From Octopus sinensis (lineage: Eukaryota): 64,000 bases of DNA. This document shows positions 50,908 through 64,000 of the stretch, in pieces. The position numbers were made by a program, and so were the translations under genes. Where the stretch lies: the NCBI RefSeq assembly GCF_006345805.1, contig NC_043015.1:48794001-48858000 (forward strand), written 5' to 3'. Each line of letters begins with the position of its first letter. The first letter of the stretch is position 1. Under the pieces are notes generated by a model, which saw only the letters and a program-made list of their open reading frames with translations, did no database searches and was not told the DNA's origin.

Positions 50908-52754
50908 GCTAGAATGTTTTTGATCATATCTTTGCTTGATTGGCACTGACCTGAGGCTTGAGTAACAACAAAACAAACCCTAGTATGATTTATTATTGTG
51001 ACGATGGATAATAGCCTTGTACTCTGCATGAAACGTGGATCATCAGTTCAGTTATATTTTTGCCAAATATAGGTTTCAAATTTTGGCACAAGGCCAGCAA
51101 TTTCGGGGAAGGGGGATAAGTCAAGCACATCACCCCCAATGCTTGACTTATAATTGGTTTATCAACCCTGAAAGGATGAAGGCAAAGTTGACCTTGACGG
51201 CATTTTGAACTTCGAACGTGAAGCCAGAATTACATGCCAAATATCGCATCTGAGGATGAATAGAGGAGGCAAAATGTGTTTTCCGACAAAAAAAAAATAT
51301 TTTAAAATTGTGTTTTAGAAAAATCAAAAAAATCAATAAAGCCCAAATTTGTATCTATGACTACTACTACTTCCATTACCACTACTACAACAGGTAGGTA
51401 ATTTATCTGTGTCCGATAACCACAAAGCCCTTGTTTTCAGTGACTCTACAGTCCAAGCTGGAGGCTCATGGGTGCCCACAGATGTCGCAGTGATAGTCTG
51501 TTGACTGGATTGAGGCAGATGCTGCTCTGTGATGCCTTTCCTTTGTAGCATCGAGATGCTATTGCTTGTCTTCTTTTACGGAAGCTGCAGTTCAAAAGGT
51601 GAAAGACTTCCACATTGATCTGCCTGTGGCAGAAGCTTTGTGTTTGTGTGGCCAAATGCTGCTCCATTTGAGGTTATTTTTCAGAATGTCTTTGTACTTT
51701 AGCTTAGATCTTCCTCGCTCGCATGAGCCCTGCACGAGCTCACTGTACAACAGCTGTCTGGGTGCACAGTTGTCAGTCATTCTGATGACATGGCCAGTCC
51801 AGCGTACCTGAGCCTTCAGCAACATTGATTCAATGCTTGTTGAACAAGCTCTGTCCAGTGCCTTTTGGTTTGTTACACTGTCCTGTCAGCGAATGCCCAT
51901 GATCCTGTGCAGTGCCATTACGTGAAACTGTCCCATCTGTTTGACGTGCCAATACTATAGGATCCATATTTGACATCCACAGATGTAATGTAGAAATGAC
52001 TACAGCTTTGTTGATAGTCTTATGCCATTCTGCTGGCAGAAGGCTGACAATTTTAGTGGGAAGTGGCAGGGGTGTAGTCAGGTATATCAAACCCTAGTAC
52101 TTGACTGATACTTCATTTTATTGATCCTGAAAGGATGAAAGGCGAAGTTGACCTTAGCAGGTTTTGAATTAAGAATGCAAAGAACAAGAAATACTGTCAG
52201 CTTGCCATTTTAATAATCTTTTCTACCCTAAGCACAAGGCTTGAAATTTTGGGGGAGTGGGGCCAGTCAATTAGATCGACCTCAGTACACAACTGGTACT
52301 TAATTTATCGACCCCGAAAGGATGAAAGGCAAAGCTGACCTCGGCGAAATTTGAACTAAGAAGCTTGCCATTTTAATAATAATGATAATAATGTTTTTTT
52401 TTCAAATTTTAGCATAAGGCCAGTAAGTTCAAGGGGGAGAGAAGGGGGTAAGTTGATTACATCAACCCAGTCCACAACTGGGTTTACTTTATCAACCCCG
52501 TAAAGATGAAAAGCAAAGTTGACCTCAGTGGAATTTGAACTCGGAACTATGAAGGCAGATGAATTGCCAATAAGCATTTTACCTGGCATGCTAACAATTC
52601 TGCCAGCTCATCACCTCAATAATAATAATAATAATAATAATAAAGCATGTTGTCGTACACCTGAACAGTGTAGAAATGTATGCTCATTAATCTAAATATA
52701 TCTGAGCAGTGTAATATGATCATTAGCAAAACTAAATCTAACAATGTATACAAT

Positions 52755-53290
52755 AGGCTTGTTAATATAAATATACCTGAGCAGAGTATACAACAGGCTT
52801 CTTAATAACCTGAGCAGTGTATGCAATAAGCTTAATATAAATATACCTGAGCAGCGTATACAAGTCTTGTTAATATAAACATACCTGAGCAGCGTATACA
52901 AGTCTTGTTAATATAAACATACCTGAGCAATGTATAAAATAGGTTTGTTAATATAAACATACCTGAGCAGCGTATACAAGAGGTTTGTTAATATAAACAT
53001 ACCTGGGCAGCGTATACAAGAGGTTTGTTAATATAAACATACCTGGGCAGCGTATACAAGAGGTTTGTTAATATAAACATACCTGGGCAGCATATACAAG
53101 AGGTTTGTTAATATAAACATACCTGGGCAGCGTATACAAGAGGTTTGTTAATATAAACATACCTGGGCAGCGTATACAAGAGGTTTGTTAATATAAACAT
53201 ACCTGGGCAGTGTATACAAGAGGTTTGTTAATATAAACATACCTGGGCAGTGTATGCATTAAGCTTAATATAAATAAACCTGAGCAGTGC
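52755..53290. repeat. 38-40-bp minisatellite, about 14 copies
   Basis: Consensus TTGTTAATATAAACATACCTG(A/G)GCAGCGTATACAAGAGGT. Homogeneous in the centre, degenerate at the edges. Confidence 0.95.
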
Positions 53291-53468
53291 AATAAGCTTG
53301 TTAGTATAACAGATTTTGGTGACAGTTTATAAAGTCTCACCTTCCATTCCCATATTTCATAAATGTTAATCGTAAGAAAATTATTGAAGATATTTGAATA
53401 TATTTTGATATTACAGTTTAGTTGGATATTGTGCAAAGAATTCTAATGTCATGGAACATAAAATAAGT

Positions 53469-54641
53469 TTAAGGCTTATTTAATTTTCCCATGAACAAAA
53501 TCATTTGTGATCTTTTGTCAACAATAAGGAACACAAAAGGATGGTTTGCAATGAATTTCAGTGGTGGCATCCTCACCATTGCACACCGAGTCATGACAAT
53601 TGCTGCTGTTGCTGCTGCTGCTTCCGTACCTTCTTCATTGACCTCCACAAATGCTTTATGAAATACTTCACTGACGTAGAGAGGGCAATTGCTAATACCT
53701 GACAAATCAGCTTTCTGTTGGTCAAAAAGGTCTGCCATTCCTAAAGATACCAGATGTTGTTTTAATTCAAAACTAGATTCCATTTTGAATTTTGGTAGCT
53801 TTACTTCAACTTCCCCAGAGTGAAATTGCTGGTTTTCTATAATGGACTGAAGAAAATCTGACGATATACTTTTATGTAATGCTTCGATGCCATCAATCTG
53901 GTTTGGTAGGATTATATACATACTCAGGCAAGAACCTTCATAAGGTAACTCTAGAATCTGGCAATCGTGTTTAGAATCCTGTCTCAATCTGAATGATTTC
54001 TTTATAAACATCATATCAACTGGAACTTTCTCTGTTGAACTTTTGAAAAAATCTTCCGATTTTGTCAAACTGGGATTAAATTTATTGCCCCAGTTTCCTT
54101 TAAAATATATAGCATTCACTAAAACAAGAGCAGTATCAGAATTTAAATAACCATCAGGAATAATATCTTTGATTTTATCTTTTGTAATATCTTGAACCCA
54201 GTTATTAATTTTCTTAGCAGCATCTTTCGGTGCTTGGCCAAAATCCAAATTTTCACTGAGAGAATGATACATCTTCTTGATTTCTTCAAAATATTTAGTA
54301 AGTAGCTCAAAATTAATGTTGATATACATACGGTTTGCAGTATGCAAGTCAAAATTTTTAATTTCTTCCAACAGGCTAATATATTTTCTATGGGCATCAT
54401 GAACCACTGTTTTTGTTGATCCATCAATCTGGAGTGTTTTTTCCATCTGTGAAGCAGTATTTTGTCTGGCTCCAGCGTATACCATCGATAAAGCAACAAA
54501 AATACTGTAAGGAGATACAAATATATTTTTGTCTTCGCCTTCATATGTTTTAAGGGTATTGTACAAGTCATAAGTAAATTTAGTTAAAGATGAACCGACA
54601 CCCAATACATTTTCATCCAATTTTGCAATATTTCTCGCCAT
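53469..54641 (-). CDS. Serpin, clade-B/leukocyte elastase inhibitor-like, probably intracellular; single coding exon
   Basis: 390-aa ORF with NIFVSPYSI, LVNAIYFKGNW, hinge EEGTEAAAAT, RCL AAIVMTR-CAM and FIANHPF. Acceptor tttcag at 54663, 21 nt before the ATG. No signal peptide in this exon. Confidence 0.95.
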   Translation of the reverse strand: MARNIAKLDENVLGVGSSLTKFTYDLYNTLKTYEGEDKNIFVSPYSIFVALSMVYAGARQNTASQMEKTLQIDGSTKTVVHDAHRKYISLLEEIKNFDLHTANRMYININFELLTKYFEEIKKMYHSLSENLDFGQAPKDAAKKINNWVQDITKDKIKDIIPDGYLNSDTALVLVNAIYFKGNWGNKFNPSLTKSEDFFKSSTEKVPVDMMFIKKSFRLRQDSKHDCQILELPYEGSCLSMYIILPNQIDGIEALHKSISSDFLQSIIENQQFHSGEVEVKLPKFKMESSFELKQHLVSLGMADLFDQQKADLSGISNCPLYVSEVFHKAFVEVNEEGTEAAAATAAIVMTRCAMVRMPPLKFIANHPFVFLIVDKRSQMILFMGKLNKP

Positions 54642-54860
54642 AGTGTTGAGTGTAACAAATATCTGAAATGGTAAATGAAAATAATAAGCATTATTTTAGC
54701 TGTTCAAGACATTGTTCTGTAATAATATTTCAGAGAAATTTTTCATCAAACGGTTGTTTATTTAATACTTATTAGTGGATAAAAAGTATGTTTTACCACG
54801 TGCAGTATATACATATACCCATTATTTAAACATTTTTTTCTTTTTTTGTTTAGGCATAGA

Positions 54861-55279
54861 GGATCTTTTCGGATTGAACGGCAGCTTTTAACATAATTTC
54901 TAGGTAACTAAAAAATTTTTAATTTCGTATACTGGTAGAATGTGTTTATAAAACATCTTTTTCTCTTGGCTTTATTGAGAAAATTCTATAGTTTGTAAGA
55001 TATTTGTTGTTGTTTTTTCTTCAATTTCTGCAATTTCAACCAATCACTCACATCTATTGAGGTAAAAAAACATTCTGTGCCATATGAATATGTCCCTTGT
55101 TTAAGAAACAGATTGGTTTATTTACATTTGTGAAGAAAAAAAGATACCCTTCCGCCCACCCCTAACCCTGACCCTAAAACAGATTGAAATGCAATAGATC
55201 GATACTAGGGTCGTAATTATGGGTGACAATTTCATATGACACCGCTAGAAAAAAACTGCCGTTCAAACCGAAAAGATCC
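54861..55279. mobile_element. Merlin-like MITE family 3
   Basis: TIRs GGATCTTTTCGG(A/T)TTGAACGGCAG. Perfect 8-bp TSD GGCATAGA. Confidence 0.9.
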
Positions 55280-56889
55280 GGCATAGAGAGAAGTGAAACT
55301 CCATCCCACTATCAGAATTCATTGGCAACTCAAAGAACCATACATTAAATGACCCCAACAATCATCTAGAACTTAAAGAACTTCAGAATAAACAACCCGC
55401 TATGGTCAGCTGAAATAGTGTTGCAAAGGCAAAACTTAAAATGGGAAAGGCAGTGGGGACAACTTATGCATAACAGAAAAACTAAATGTATTAACTTTAC
55501 AAGTAAACATGTTTTTAGAACGGAAAGAAACCTTCTCCACCTGTCCACAAGCCAATGCTGTCAAACCACATACTTTTAAGCACTTCTCTGGTCTAGAAAA
55601 GTCTCAGCTCCAGCCTGTCTCATCCTGTAGCTTTTCCTCCTCTATATGAGTTATCTCCCTTGTTTTCTCAAACCACCCCCAACAACATTAATATATCCAC
55701 CGGACACCCTAACAATCTCCATATTGGGGGATGAATACATACTATAACCCCCTACCCTTTCTCTAATATCCCTTTTCCCTTCAACCCCTATATCAAACAC
55801 CAAGACCTTACAATCAAGACATGTACATCTATATCTATGTTTTTATTTTGGTTTCAAATTCTGCCACAAGACCAGCAATTTCAAGGGAGGGTTTTAAGTT
55901 GATTGCTTTGACCCTCCAGTGCTCAACTAGTACTTCTTTTATCGACCCCAAAAGGATGGACAGTAAAGTCAACCTCAGCAGAATTCGAATTCAGAACGTA
56001 AAGACAGACAAAAATGCCATCAAGCTTTAGTCCAGTGTACAAACAATTCTACCAACTCGCTGCCTTGTCTATGTTCTGTATTGGAATGCATCTCATTACT
56101 TCAACATAAAAACCATTTGGCGTCTGTACATAAAACAAGATGAACTGTCATGAACTCTAGGTTTCAACTTCCTATGGCCAACACATTATTATGAAATAAA
56201 ATATAAGCTATCACAATCTAAGTGTTGCCAAATAGAGAAGTGTCTGTTCACAGGAGGAGTAATATGACACCAGACCTGGGCACATATGGAAGTTTCTTAA
56301 TTGAAACAGTTGTTATGTTGCTTTGTCACTCTCCTTTCCTACTCCGTCTACAACACCAAAAATTGCTGAGTCCTCAAAGGTTACTTTTATAGATACCATT
56401 TATGCATCATACAATCGCAATCTCCCATTGGTTTATTCCTTTATCAATTTTTCCTTTTATTTGCTTATTTCAGCTGTTGAACCATCCATTGGGTCCATTT
56501 CACTTCAAAACTCTGCTTCATCCAACTCACCTCATTCAATCATCACCACCACCACCACAACCACAACTTTAATGTCCACTTTCCCATGCCTGCATGGGTC
56601 AAATGAAGGTAATTAATTCTGTCCTACCAAACTTAAAACCATTTCACTATAGAAATCAGTCTGTTGACATTGTTTTGTTTGCTAGTTTCCTTTGTGTCAT
56701 GATTCACAATGAAGACAAATACAACCATAAAAAACCAATACTTTTCGAAAATAACTTATTCTACACAACTTGCTTGCTTTTCTCAGCTGTTTGTAAACTC
56801 TTTCTGTGGATATTATTGTAAAAACTTGCCCAATACAAATCTGAAATCAATCCTCAGTCAAGTCTGTATTTGGATAAGTCTTAACAAAG

Positions 56890-56953
56890 ATGTTAAAGAA
56901 ACGAGATGGATTTGTCTTGCTGTTCATAGTTGTTACCCTACAAACTATAACAG
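56890..56953 (+). CDS. Secreted serpin, signal-peptide exon
   Basis: ATG...ACA G|gtatgt encodes MLKKRDGFVLLFIVVTLQTIT. Phase 1 joins acceptor ttttatag|AA at 58603 in frame (G+AA = Glu). Confidence 0.75.
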
Positions 56954-56967
56954 GTATGTTTGCGTTC

Positions 56968-57002
<35 letters not shown>

Positions 57003-58602
57003 TTCACCACTAATTTGTATTATATTTTAGTATATATACATGTAATATATTGTTTGTTTTTATGTTCAGTTATATTAAAAACAGTTTTACTTTAATCTGA
57101 TGGATTACTCTGTACTTTTGTAGAGTACAAATTTATTATTCTTAAACAAGAATGTTGTTGACTGTGACTTCGAAGTTTTTGCTAGCCAAGACATTAGGTA
57201 AGGAGGGAGACCTTTATTAGAGTTAGTTTGAACTTCATATATTTTCTTTGGGTGTGTGGGTTTGAGTTGGGTGGTAATTAGGCTTTTGTGGTAGGTTGTC
57301 ATGGACAAGTGTTTGGGAAAATTTTTTAATTGATTAGAACAGTTACGAGATAGTTTTTATGGAATACATGTACTTCTGTAATGTGGCCATCATCTAATGT
57401 CATGGGGAACCAGATTTGGAATAGCTTTTGGTGACTGTTCTTCCCAATTTAAAACAATAGTACCACTTGTGACATTGCATACAGATCAAACAATCTTTCC
57501 CGCTGGAACATTAGAAAAAAATCTCTGTAAAAGTTTTTTTCCAAATTGAAATAAAACTTCACAAAAACATGATGCTTTTCCAAACCTTTCACTCTTCAAT
57601 TAATGACAAATCGCTATACACATGTTCACCAGGCATATATTCATATGGCATACATCTTCACTAGATATATATGTTCACTAGACATATTTATTCATAATAC
57701 TTATATGTTCACTTGATATATCTTCATTAGACATATGTTCACTATAACCAAAGACTTTTTGATATGGCTGTTATTTAACTGAAAGTCAAGATCACCCATA
57801 TAACAGCATCACAGTCACAAACCCATTGCACCAAATGGTTGGTGCAGTTTCAAAAGTTTGGGTTCATTATTGGACAAACCTTGTAATCTTTTATTTCATC
57901 CAATCTTTTGCTCTCTCTCTCTCCTGCCCCTATTTACCCACTCATCATTTTTCTCCTTTCTAAATATTGGGAAATCATGCAATCCTACCTTCACACTTTA
58001 TCCCCTCATCTTCTAGCATAAAGTCAACATCCCTTCCCTTGGGGGTTTGTAGTCTCACAAGCTGCATGGCAAACTCACTAGAGCTGATGGCATGGAAGAA
58101 AAAAAAAACCTACCCCATACATGATGTAAAGTGGTTGGCATTAGGAAGGGGTCATCCAGCTGTAGAAACATTACCAAAGCAGAAGTAAAAGAGCACAATG
58201 CAGTTCTTGGACCCATCAGACCCTAGCAACTCATCCAACCCATGCCGGCATGGAGCATGGACAGTAATTGGTGATGATTACGATGATGAAATATGTCAGT
58301 TCAACTAAACTGTTGAAATAGTGTTGTCCTAGTTTTGGGACTTCCATCTAAATATGTGCCAAGGTCAAATTAAGCTCATTACCCCTTTAACTTAATACTT
58401 CTATTGTAATTGCTGATCTAAATATTGCTTTAGAAAGATTTATGAAGCTGCTTGAAGGTGATAATTTTGGAGTGAGAATACAATTAAATCGATTATGGAA
58501 TTAATGAATAAATTTTTGGTGTTCACTAATAATTTGGTCTGAAATTATTTTGTGCTTGTGGAATTCTTAAATAACCTAAATTGCACTTTTTAATTTTTAT
58601 AG

Positions 58603-59777
58603 AAATTAATAGCAAGATGATGAACTCATCCAACCAGCACCAAGAGATTAAAAACCTGGCTGCATCAATTGATCATTTTACATCCAGCCTTTTTCAAGAA
58701 ATGGTCATAGGAACCAATGAAAATGTCTTCATGTCCCCCTTCAGTGTTGCTACCATTTTATCAATGGTTTATTTAGGAGCAAAACAAATCTCAGCTGAGC
58801 ACTTGAAAAATGTTTTGAATGTAACTTCAACACCAAATGATTTAGCTTTAGCTTATAAAAAATATTTTTCGGTTCAGAAGAATTCAAATGAAGCTAACAT
58901 GAGTAAATCGGTGAATCGTTTGTACGTTGAGGATAAATTCCCTGTTTCAGAAAGCTATAAGCACAAGATTTTAGAATATTTTTTCACGGATGTTAAAAAT
59001 GTAGATTTCTTTAAAAATGCTGAAAGAATAAGAATTGATATTAATAAGTGGGTGAAGAATGAGACTTATAACAAAATCACAGATCTGTTACCAAGTAAAA
59101 GTTTGTCCTCTGATACAGTGTTACTTCTCGTTAATGCCATGCACTTTGAAGGAATGTGGGCTGCAAGATTCCCAGAAAGAGTAACATCATCTAGAGAGTT
59201 TCATCTAAGTTCTGGCAAGACTGTATCTTGTGATTCTATGTTTATATCTGAAGATTTTAATACCAAAATAAGCCAGAACTATAAAGCTGTAGAGTTACCT
59301 TACATGGGAGTGAAATTTAGTATGTTTGTAATTCTTTCTAATAAAATGGATGGTCTTGCTGCTTTAGAGAAGGAAATTAATGCACAATTTCTCAAAGAAA
59401 CTACAGAGAGAAAAGGCTTTGAACGATTATCTCTGGAGTTATATTTACCAAAGTTTCATTTTCAAAGTGCTTTCGAGTTATCTGATACTTTACAAAAACT
59501 TGGTCTTTCTGATATTTTTGATGCCAGCAAAGCGAATTTATCAGGAATAAGTAGTGAGAAGGATTTGTATGTGAGTAAATTCTTTCATAAAACATTTATT
59601 GATGTAAATGAAAAAGGAACAGATGCTCATGCCGCAAGCGGAGAAGTGGTAATTAATCCAGTATCAGCCCAGACTGGAACGAAATTTGATGTTAATCACC
59701 CGTTCATATTTTTAATTGCTGACAGAAGAACTAAATTGATTTATTTCATCGGCAAGGTAACAAACCCAGCAGCTTAA
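58603..59777 (+). CDS. Secreted serpin, main exon
   Basis: NVFMSPFSV, LVNAMHFEGMW, VNEKGTDAHAASGEVVINPVSA and FDVNHPFIF. Stop at 59777. Confidence 0.95.
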
Positions 59778-62700
59778 GAACATTTCCCTTCCCATCACCC
59801 TATCAAGAAATGGTAAAATGATAAACCTTACAACATTATAAGGTCTCAGAATTTTAACAAAGTAGATTTGATTGAAATTATTCAAAAACTTTATTGGGAA
59901 TACCAAATAAAAAGTTTTTAAAATACATTGAAAGCTATGTGTGAGTTTGTTCATTTTTATTTGGTCACCATCACTGGTGAAAATGTTCAGTTTTTATGTT
60001 GAAGTCAAAAGAATTTATAAACTTATGAGAGAACATGAATAAATTCCTTTTTGGAATTGGCTCTCAAAGCACACGTAAATCTATAAATAACAGCACATAA
60101 GTATTTGGTTGAAAAAAATCATGGATAGCAAAAGACAGAGGCTGCCTTCAATATTTTCCATCCAAAATAACTTTTCAATCCACTATTTATTTGCTATTAC
60201 TTATAGCTTTATATCTGTTTCAAGAGCCAGTTTTAAAAAAAAGTGCAAAATCTGATTTTTTTTTTTTTTTTTTAATGAGAGATTGTTATCAGAAACTAAG
60301 AAAATAAAACAATTCAAAAGATTATGTAAATGATATACAGCTATCATAATGGGTAGCAATAGATAAAATAGACAAGTGAAATGTTGTAGTCTGGATATAT
60401 CGGTAGGAAGGTTTAGTTTTGTGAAGTGGAGGCTTGTATTAATACTAATTCTGTTTATTACATAGTTGTGATATATTTTATAGTTTATGGTATGGTCTTT
60501 AGAGACATGGAGTTTATTTACAAACTGATATTCCTTACTCGACACATTGCATAAATCAGAGATCAATGGACTCTCTTCATTTGAGCCACTACTTTTCCAC
60601 ATCAACAGATCACAGATTTGGGGCTACAGACGTGTGATTAGAATGTCAGAGAAGAAAAATTGCACGACAAATTCTTCAAGCCAAGCTGAGCCAGCTGAGA
60701 GCAAACTTAGAGGTAGAGCATAAGTGAGATGGTTGGATAAAATTCATAGTTATAGTCAGCCACACTTGGGAATCCATCCAGGAAGCGGAAAGAAGGAGTT
60801 TCCTGAAGAATCTACTCCCCACAACCAGCAGGAATAGGATAATATCCATAGTCTTAGATGTGCTTGGGAACTCAGCCAGAAAAGTCTGATGATGGTTGCT
60901 TCTAATAGTACGTAATGGAGGAGGTGCCTGGTGATTCTATTCCCATGGCTCTACCAGGAAGATGGCAGGTTAGATGGAGCAATATTCCAGTTTAGCTTAA
61001 TGAATAAGACAGCAGTAATGGTACACAAGAACTGCAGAAGGAGTAGAGAGATAAGGTAAGGGGTTAGTGTGGGTGGTCTAGTAATGTGGTAACATTGTAT
61101 CAAAGACAGAATGTCTTGAAAAAGATCTGGTTAAAGAAAGTGGGTAATTGAAAACAGCGGTGCCCCAGCATGGCTGCAGCTCTGAGCTGAAACCAATTAA
61201 AGAATTATTGTAGTTAACCCTTTAACATTCAGATTATTGTGGTAAATCTAGGGCTTATTTATTTACATTGTCTTGGATTAACCATAAATTATTTTGTGCC
61301 TTCAAGAGTTTGAAGATGTGGGTATTTATTTTTAGAATGACATTGTAGGGTAGGTGTGAGAGGCCACTTTGAACATAAATCAGGTAGAATATTTTGGTTG
61401 GGTAATGTTGGTTTAAATGCCAAAGTGTTAAACTTGTAAAATATGTATTCACGTTTCATGAAAAACCTTTTATTTCATTATTCTTTAAAGATACCAAAAT
61501 AAATAGGGTTCTTAATGACTCTTTATCCAGTTTTTATATTGTTTGGGTCAGGAAGTTAGAAACAAGGAGAGAATTCTTTGAAACTTATATCAATAGTTCT
61601 TGGGATTTTCTTTTTTTTTTTTTTGTGTTAAAGAAAGCAATCAGGTGACAAAGTGACAATGTGATTTAGTCAACGATACTCAAGGAATTTTAAACACTTG
61701 TCTGATCCTTTTCAGAATCTCAGGCATTCTGAGAAACTACTAACATCACTTGATAGAATGTGTGCCTCTCCACAAACTTTGTTTCTTCATAAATGTTTGG
61801 AATATACTGTAATATAATATGATATAATACAATATATATATATATATATAAAGATGTTCAATGAATACGTTTCTGACCTAGTTGATTGTGGTTATATTTG
61901 GAATTTAGAGAGAAAAGAAGTAAGGGAGGCAACTCATCAAAATGTGTGAGGAGACAAAGTCGAAGAGTGAATTGGCCTACCTCTCAATAATAATAATAAT
62001 TGTGTACAGTGCTCGGGTGCACTACAACTCATCTAAAGTGTATATATAATCAGGTGTAGTTTCGGCGGATTTCGGAAAGCATGAGGGCCTTAAAGGATGC
62101 AGTGTCATGGCAGTCAACAACTGACGCAGGCAGTTTATTCCATGCTTCAGCAACTCTATTATATATTATAATAGAGGCTCCGACCCCATCAACACTGGCG
62201 GCAGCAACAACAATAACAGTAATGCCAGCACCTGCAGCACTGGACATGAGCAGGGATGAAAAACATCAATAGAGGAGCAAGAAACGAGGTGGGGAGTCTT
62301 AGAATGTGCTAGAAACAACAGCCAGATGTCTCTTAAATCACACATTTTCCTCTGGAATTATTACCATTGTTTTTAAAACCGAAAATGTTTCTCTCGTGGA
62401 TTTTAAGTGCGTAGTGAAAAAAAAAAAAACAAACAAAAAACGTCCCAAATCCGTCCGGTCTGGGGTGGTAAGAGTGAAAAAAAAATCATAAATTTTCAAA
62501 TTTTTTTACTTTATTCGTGAAAATATGCTTCTCATCATTCCGAAGATTACTGGAAAAAAAAATTAGGAAAATCCGTCAAAACGGAGAAATTCTGACATGT
62601 GTGGGCCGTCTGATCCGAAACACCGCCCCCGCGTACCGTTCCAAAAATATTTGCCTACAAATTTCTTTGTAATCGTAATCTACACCGTTTGAAGGGTTGT

Positions 62701-63350
62701 TGTATAAAATTTCATTAAAAATACCCACTTTCCTGAGAGTTTTGAGGGGTGGGGGATATCGGGTCGAGTGAATTTTCCGAAACACCTCTCCCCAATATCT
62801 CGGAAAACTTTTTCCAACAAGTCCTTACATACACTTAATCTACAGGATTTAAGTATTTGTTGAACATTTCATTTTAAAGTTATGGAAATGAAGTCTGGAA
62901 GTGGCTACGGAGATTCCAGAAAAATGCCAAAAATCGGCATTTACCAATTTTTCCCCTCTCTACCTCTCAAATGTGTCCATTATCGAATATCTGAGATACA
63001 CGCACGTGTCGGTGTTGCAACCTGTTGTTAAATGTAATTAACGAAGTCATAGAAGGGCAGAGACTAAGTACTCATTAATAGACTTAATCTTCGCTCGTTA
63101 ATTTTCTTTTTACTAAAATGGGGGCGGGACGGGCGGAGGTCTTTCGAGTTACATTGATAGAACAGTTGGAATTCGTTAAAAGTGATGTCCGTTATTAGGT
63201 TTCTAATTACAAAAGTTAATTAAAAAAAAAGAATTCCATCGATGGAGATGGGTTGTTCCAATATTATACAACACCATTATTAGTTTGCTTTTATTGAAAT
63301 AACAGTTATTCATTAAGTTTGGCGGCGTAATAAAGACCCTAACCCTAATC

Positions 63351-63758
63351 GGATCTTTTCGGTTTGAACGGCAGTTTTTTCTAGCGGTGTCATGAAATTG
63401 TCACCCATAATTATGACCCTAGTATCAATCTATTGTATTTCAATCTTTTAGGGTTACGGGTGGGGGGAAGGGTATCTTTTTTTCTTCAGAAATGTAAATA
63501 AACCCAATCTGTTTCTTAAACGATGGACATATTCATACGGCACAGAATGTTTTCACCTCAATAGACGTCATTGATTGGTTGAAATTGCAGAAATTGAAGA
63601 AAAAACAACAACAAATATCTTACAAACTATAGAATTTTCTCAATAAAGCCAAGAGAAAAAGATGTTTTATAAACACATTCTACCAGTATACGAAGTTTAA
63701 AAGTGTTTAGTTACGTGGAAATTATGTTAAAAAACTGCTGGTCAAACCGAAAAGATCC
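63351..63758. mobile_element. Merlin-like MITE family 3, second copy in opposite orientation
   Basis: Same TIRs as 54861-55279. Perfect 8-bp TSD CCCTAATC. Confidence 0.9.
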
Positions 63759-64000
63759 CCCTAATCCTCTCTGGTGCCACCTGGAAGGTAAGGTGTGGTG
63801 TCCGCGTGCGGATGAATTCTTCTCGAGACCAGCCTCTTTGCAGAGATTTAAACCCAAACACCGGTTGTACGATTCTTTACTTTCGCCTTAAAATTTTATA
63901 GAAAGTTAGAAAAAGTAACAAACCGTGTCCATTATCGAATATCTGAAATACACGTACCTGTTGGTGTTGCGGGTCGTTGTTAAATGCAATTAACGAAGTG

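Noticed and set aside
57105-57530. Fibronectin-III-like text (NVTSGTIVLNWE) on the minus strand
   Set aside because: Interrupted by several stops, weak similarity, and inside the serpin intron.
60201-60605. 134-aa ORF with a hydrophobic stretch as a candidate glycosyltransferase N-terminus
   Set aside because: No donor site or GT7 stem similarity; runs into a poly-A tract and more likely belongs to a decayed repeat.

Overview
Eukaryotic, AT-rich, intron-containing DNA dense in repeats. The SINE types and long (TA)n tracts suggest an octopus-like cephalopod (inference). Host genes: the first coding exon of CYB5R4 (+, 3339-3609); the last four exons of a GT7 beta-1,4-galactosyl/GalNAc-transferase (-, 35177 to 22897) ending in an unusual tail of hexapeptide repeats with seven N-glycosylation sequons; and a head-to-head serpin pair (one probably cytosolic with P1 Arg, one secreted with an atypical hinge). 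A 6.35-kb tandem duplication (about 10700-23400) copies the last glycosyltransferase exon plus an AT-rich Penelope-like element. The copies differ almost only by 1-nt homopolymer indels, so it may be an assembly artefact. The most striking non-coding signal is four distinct families of minimal type I hammerhead ribozymes associated with Penelope-type repeats, each with a different catalytic core: canonical C3-G8, compensatory U3-A8, compensatory G3-C8 and a U4C variant. One sits in a ~361-nt retrozyme-like monomer. Also present: a decayed Merlin transposase with three Merlin-like MITE families (8-9 bp TSDs), mariners, RTE/CR1 LINEs, SINEs, a small Helitron, 127-bp and 40-bp tandem arrays and a 100-N assembly gap. 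All structures were read by eye; no searches were run.
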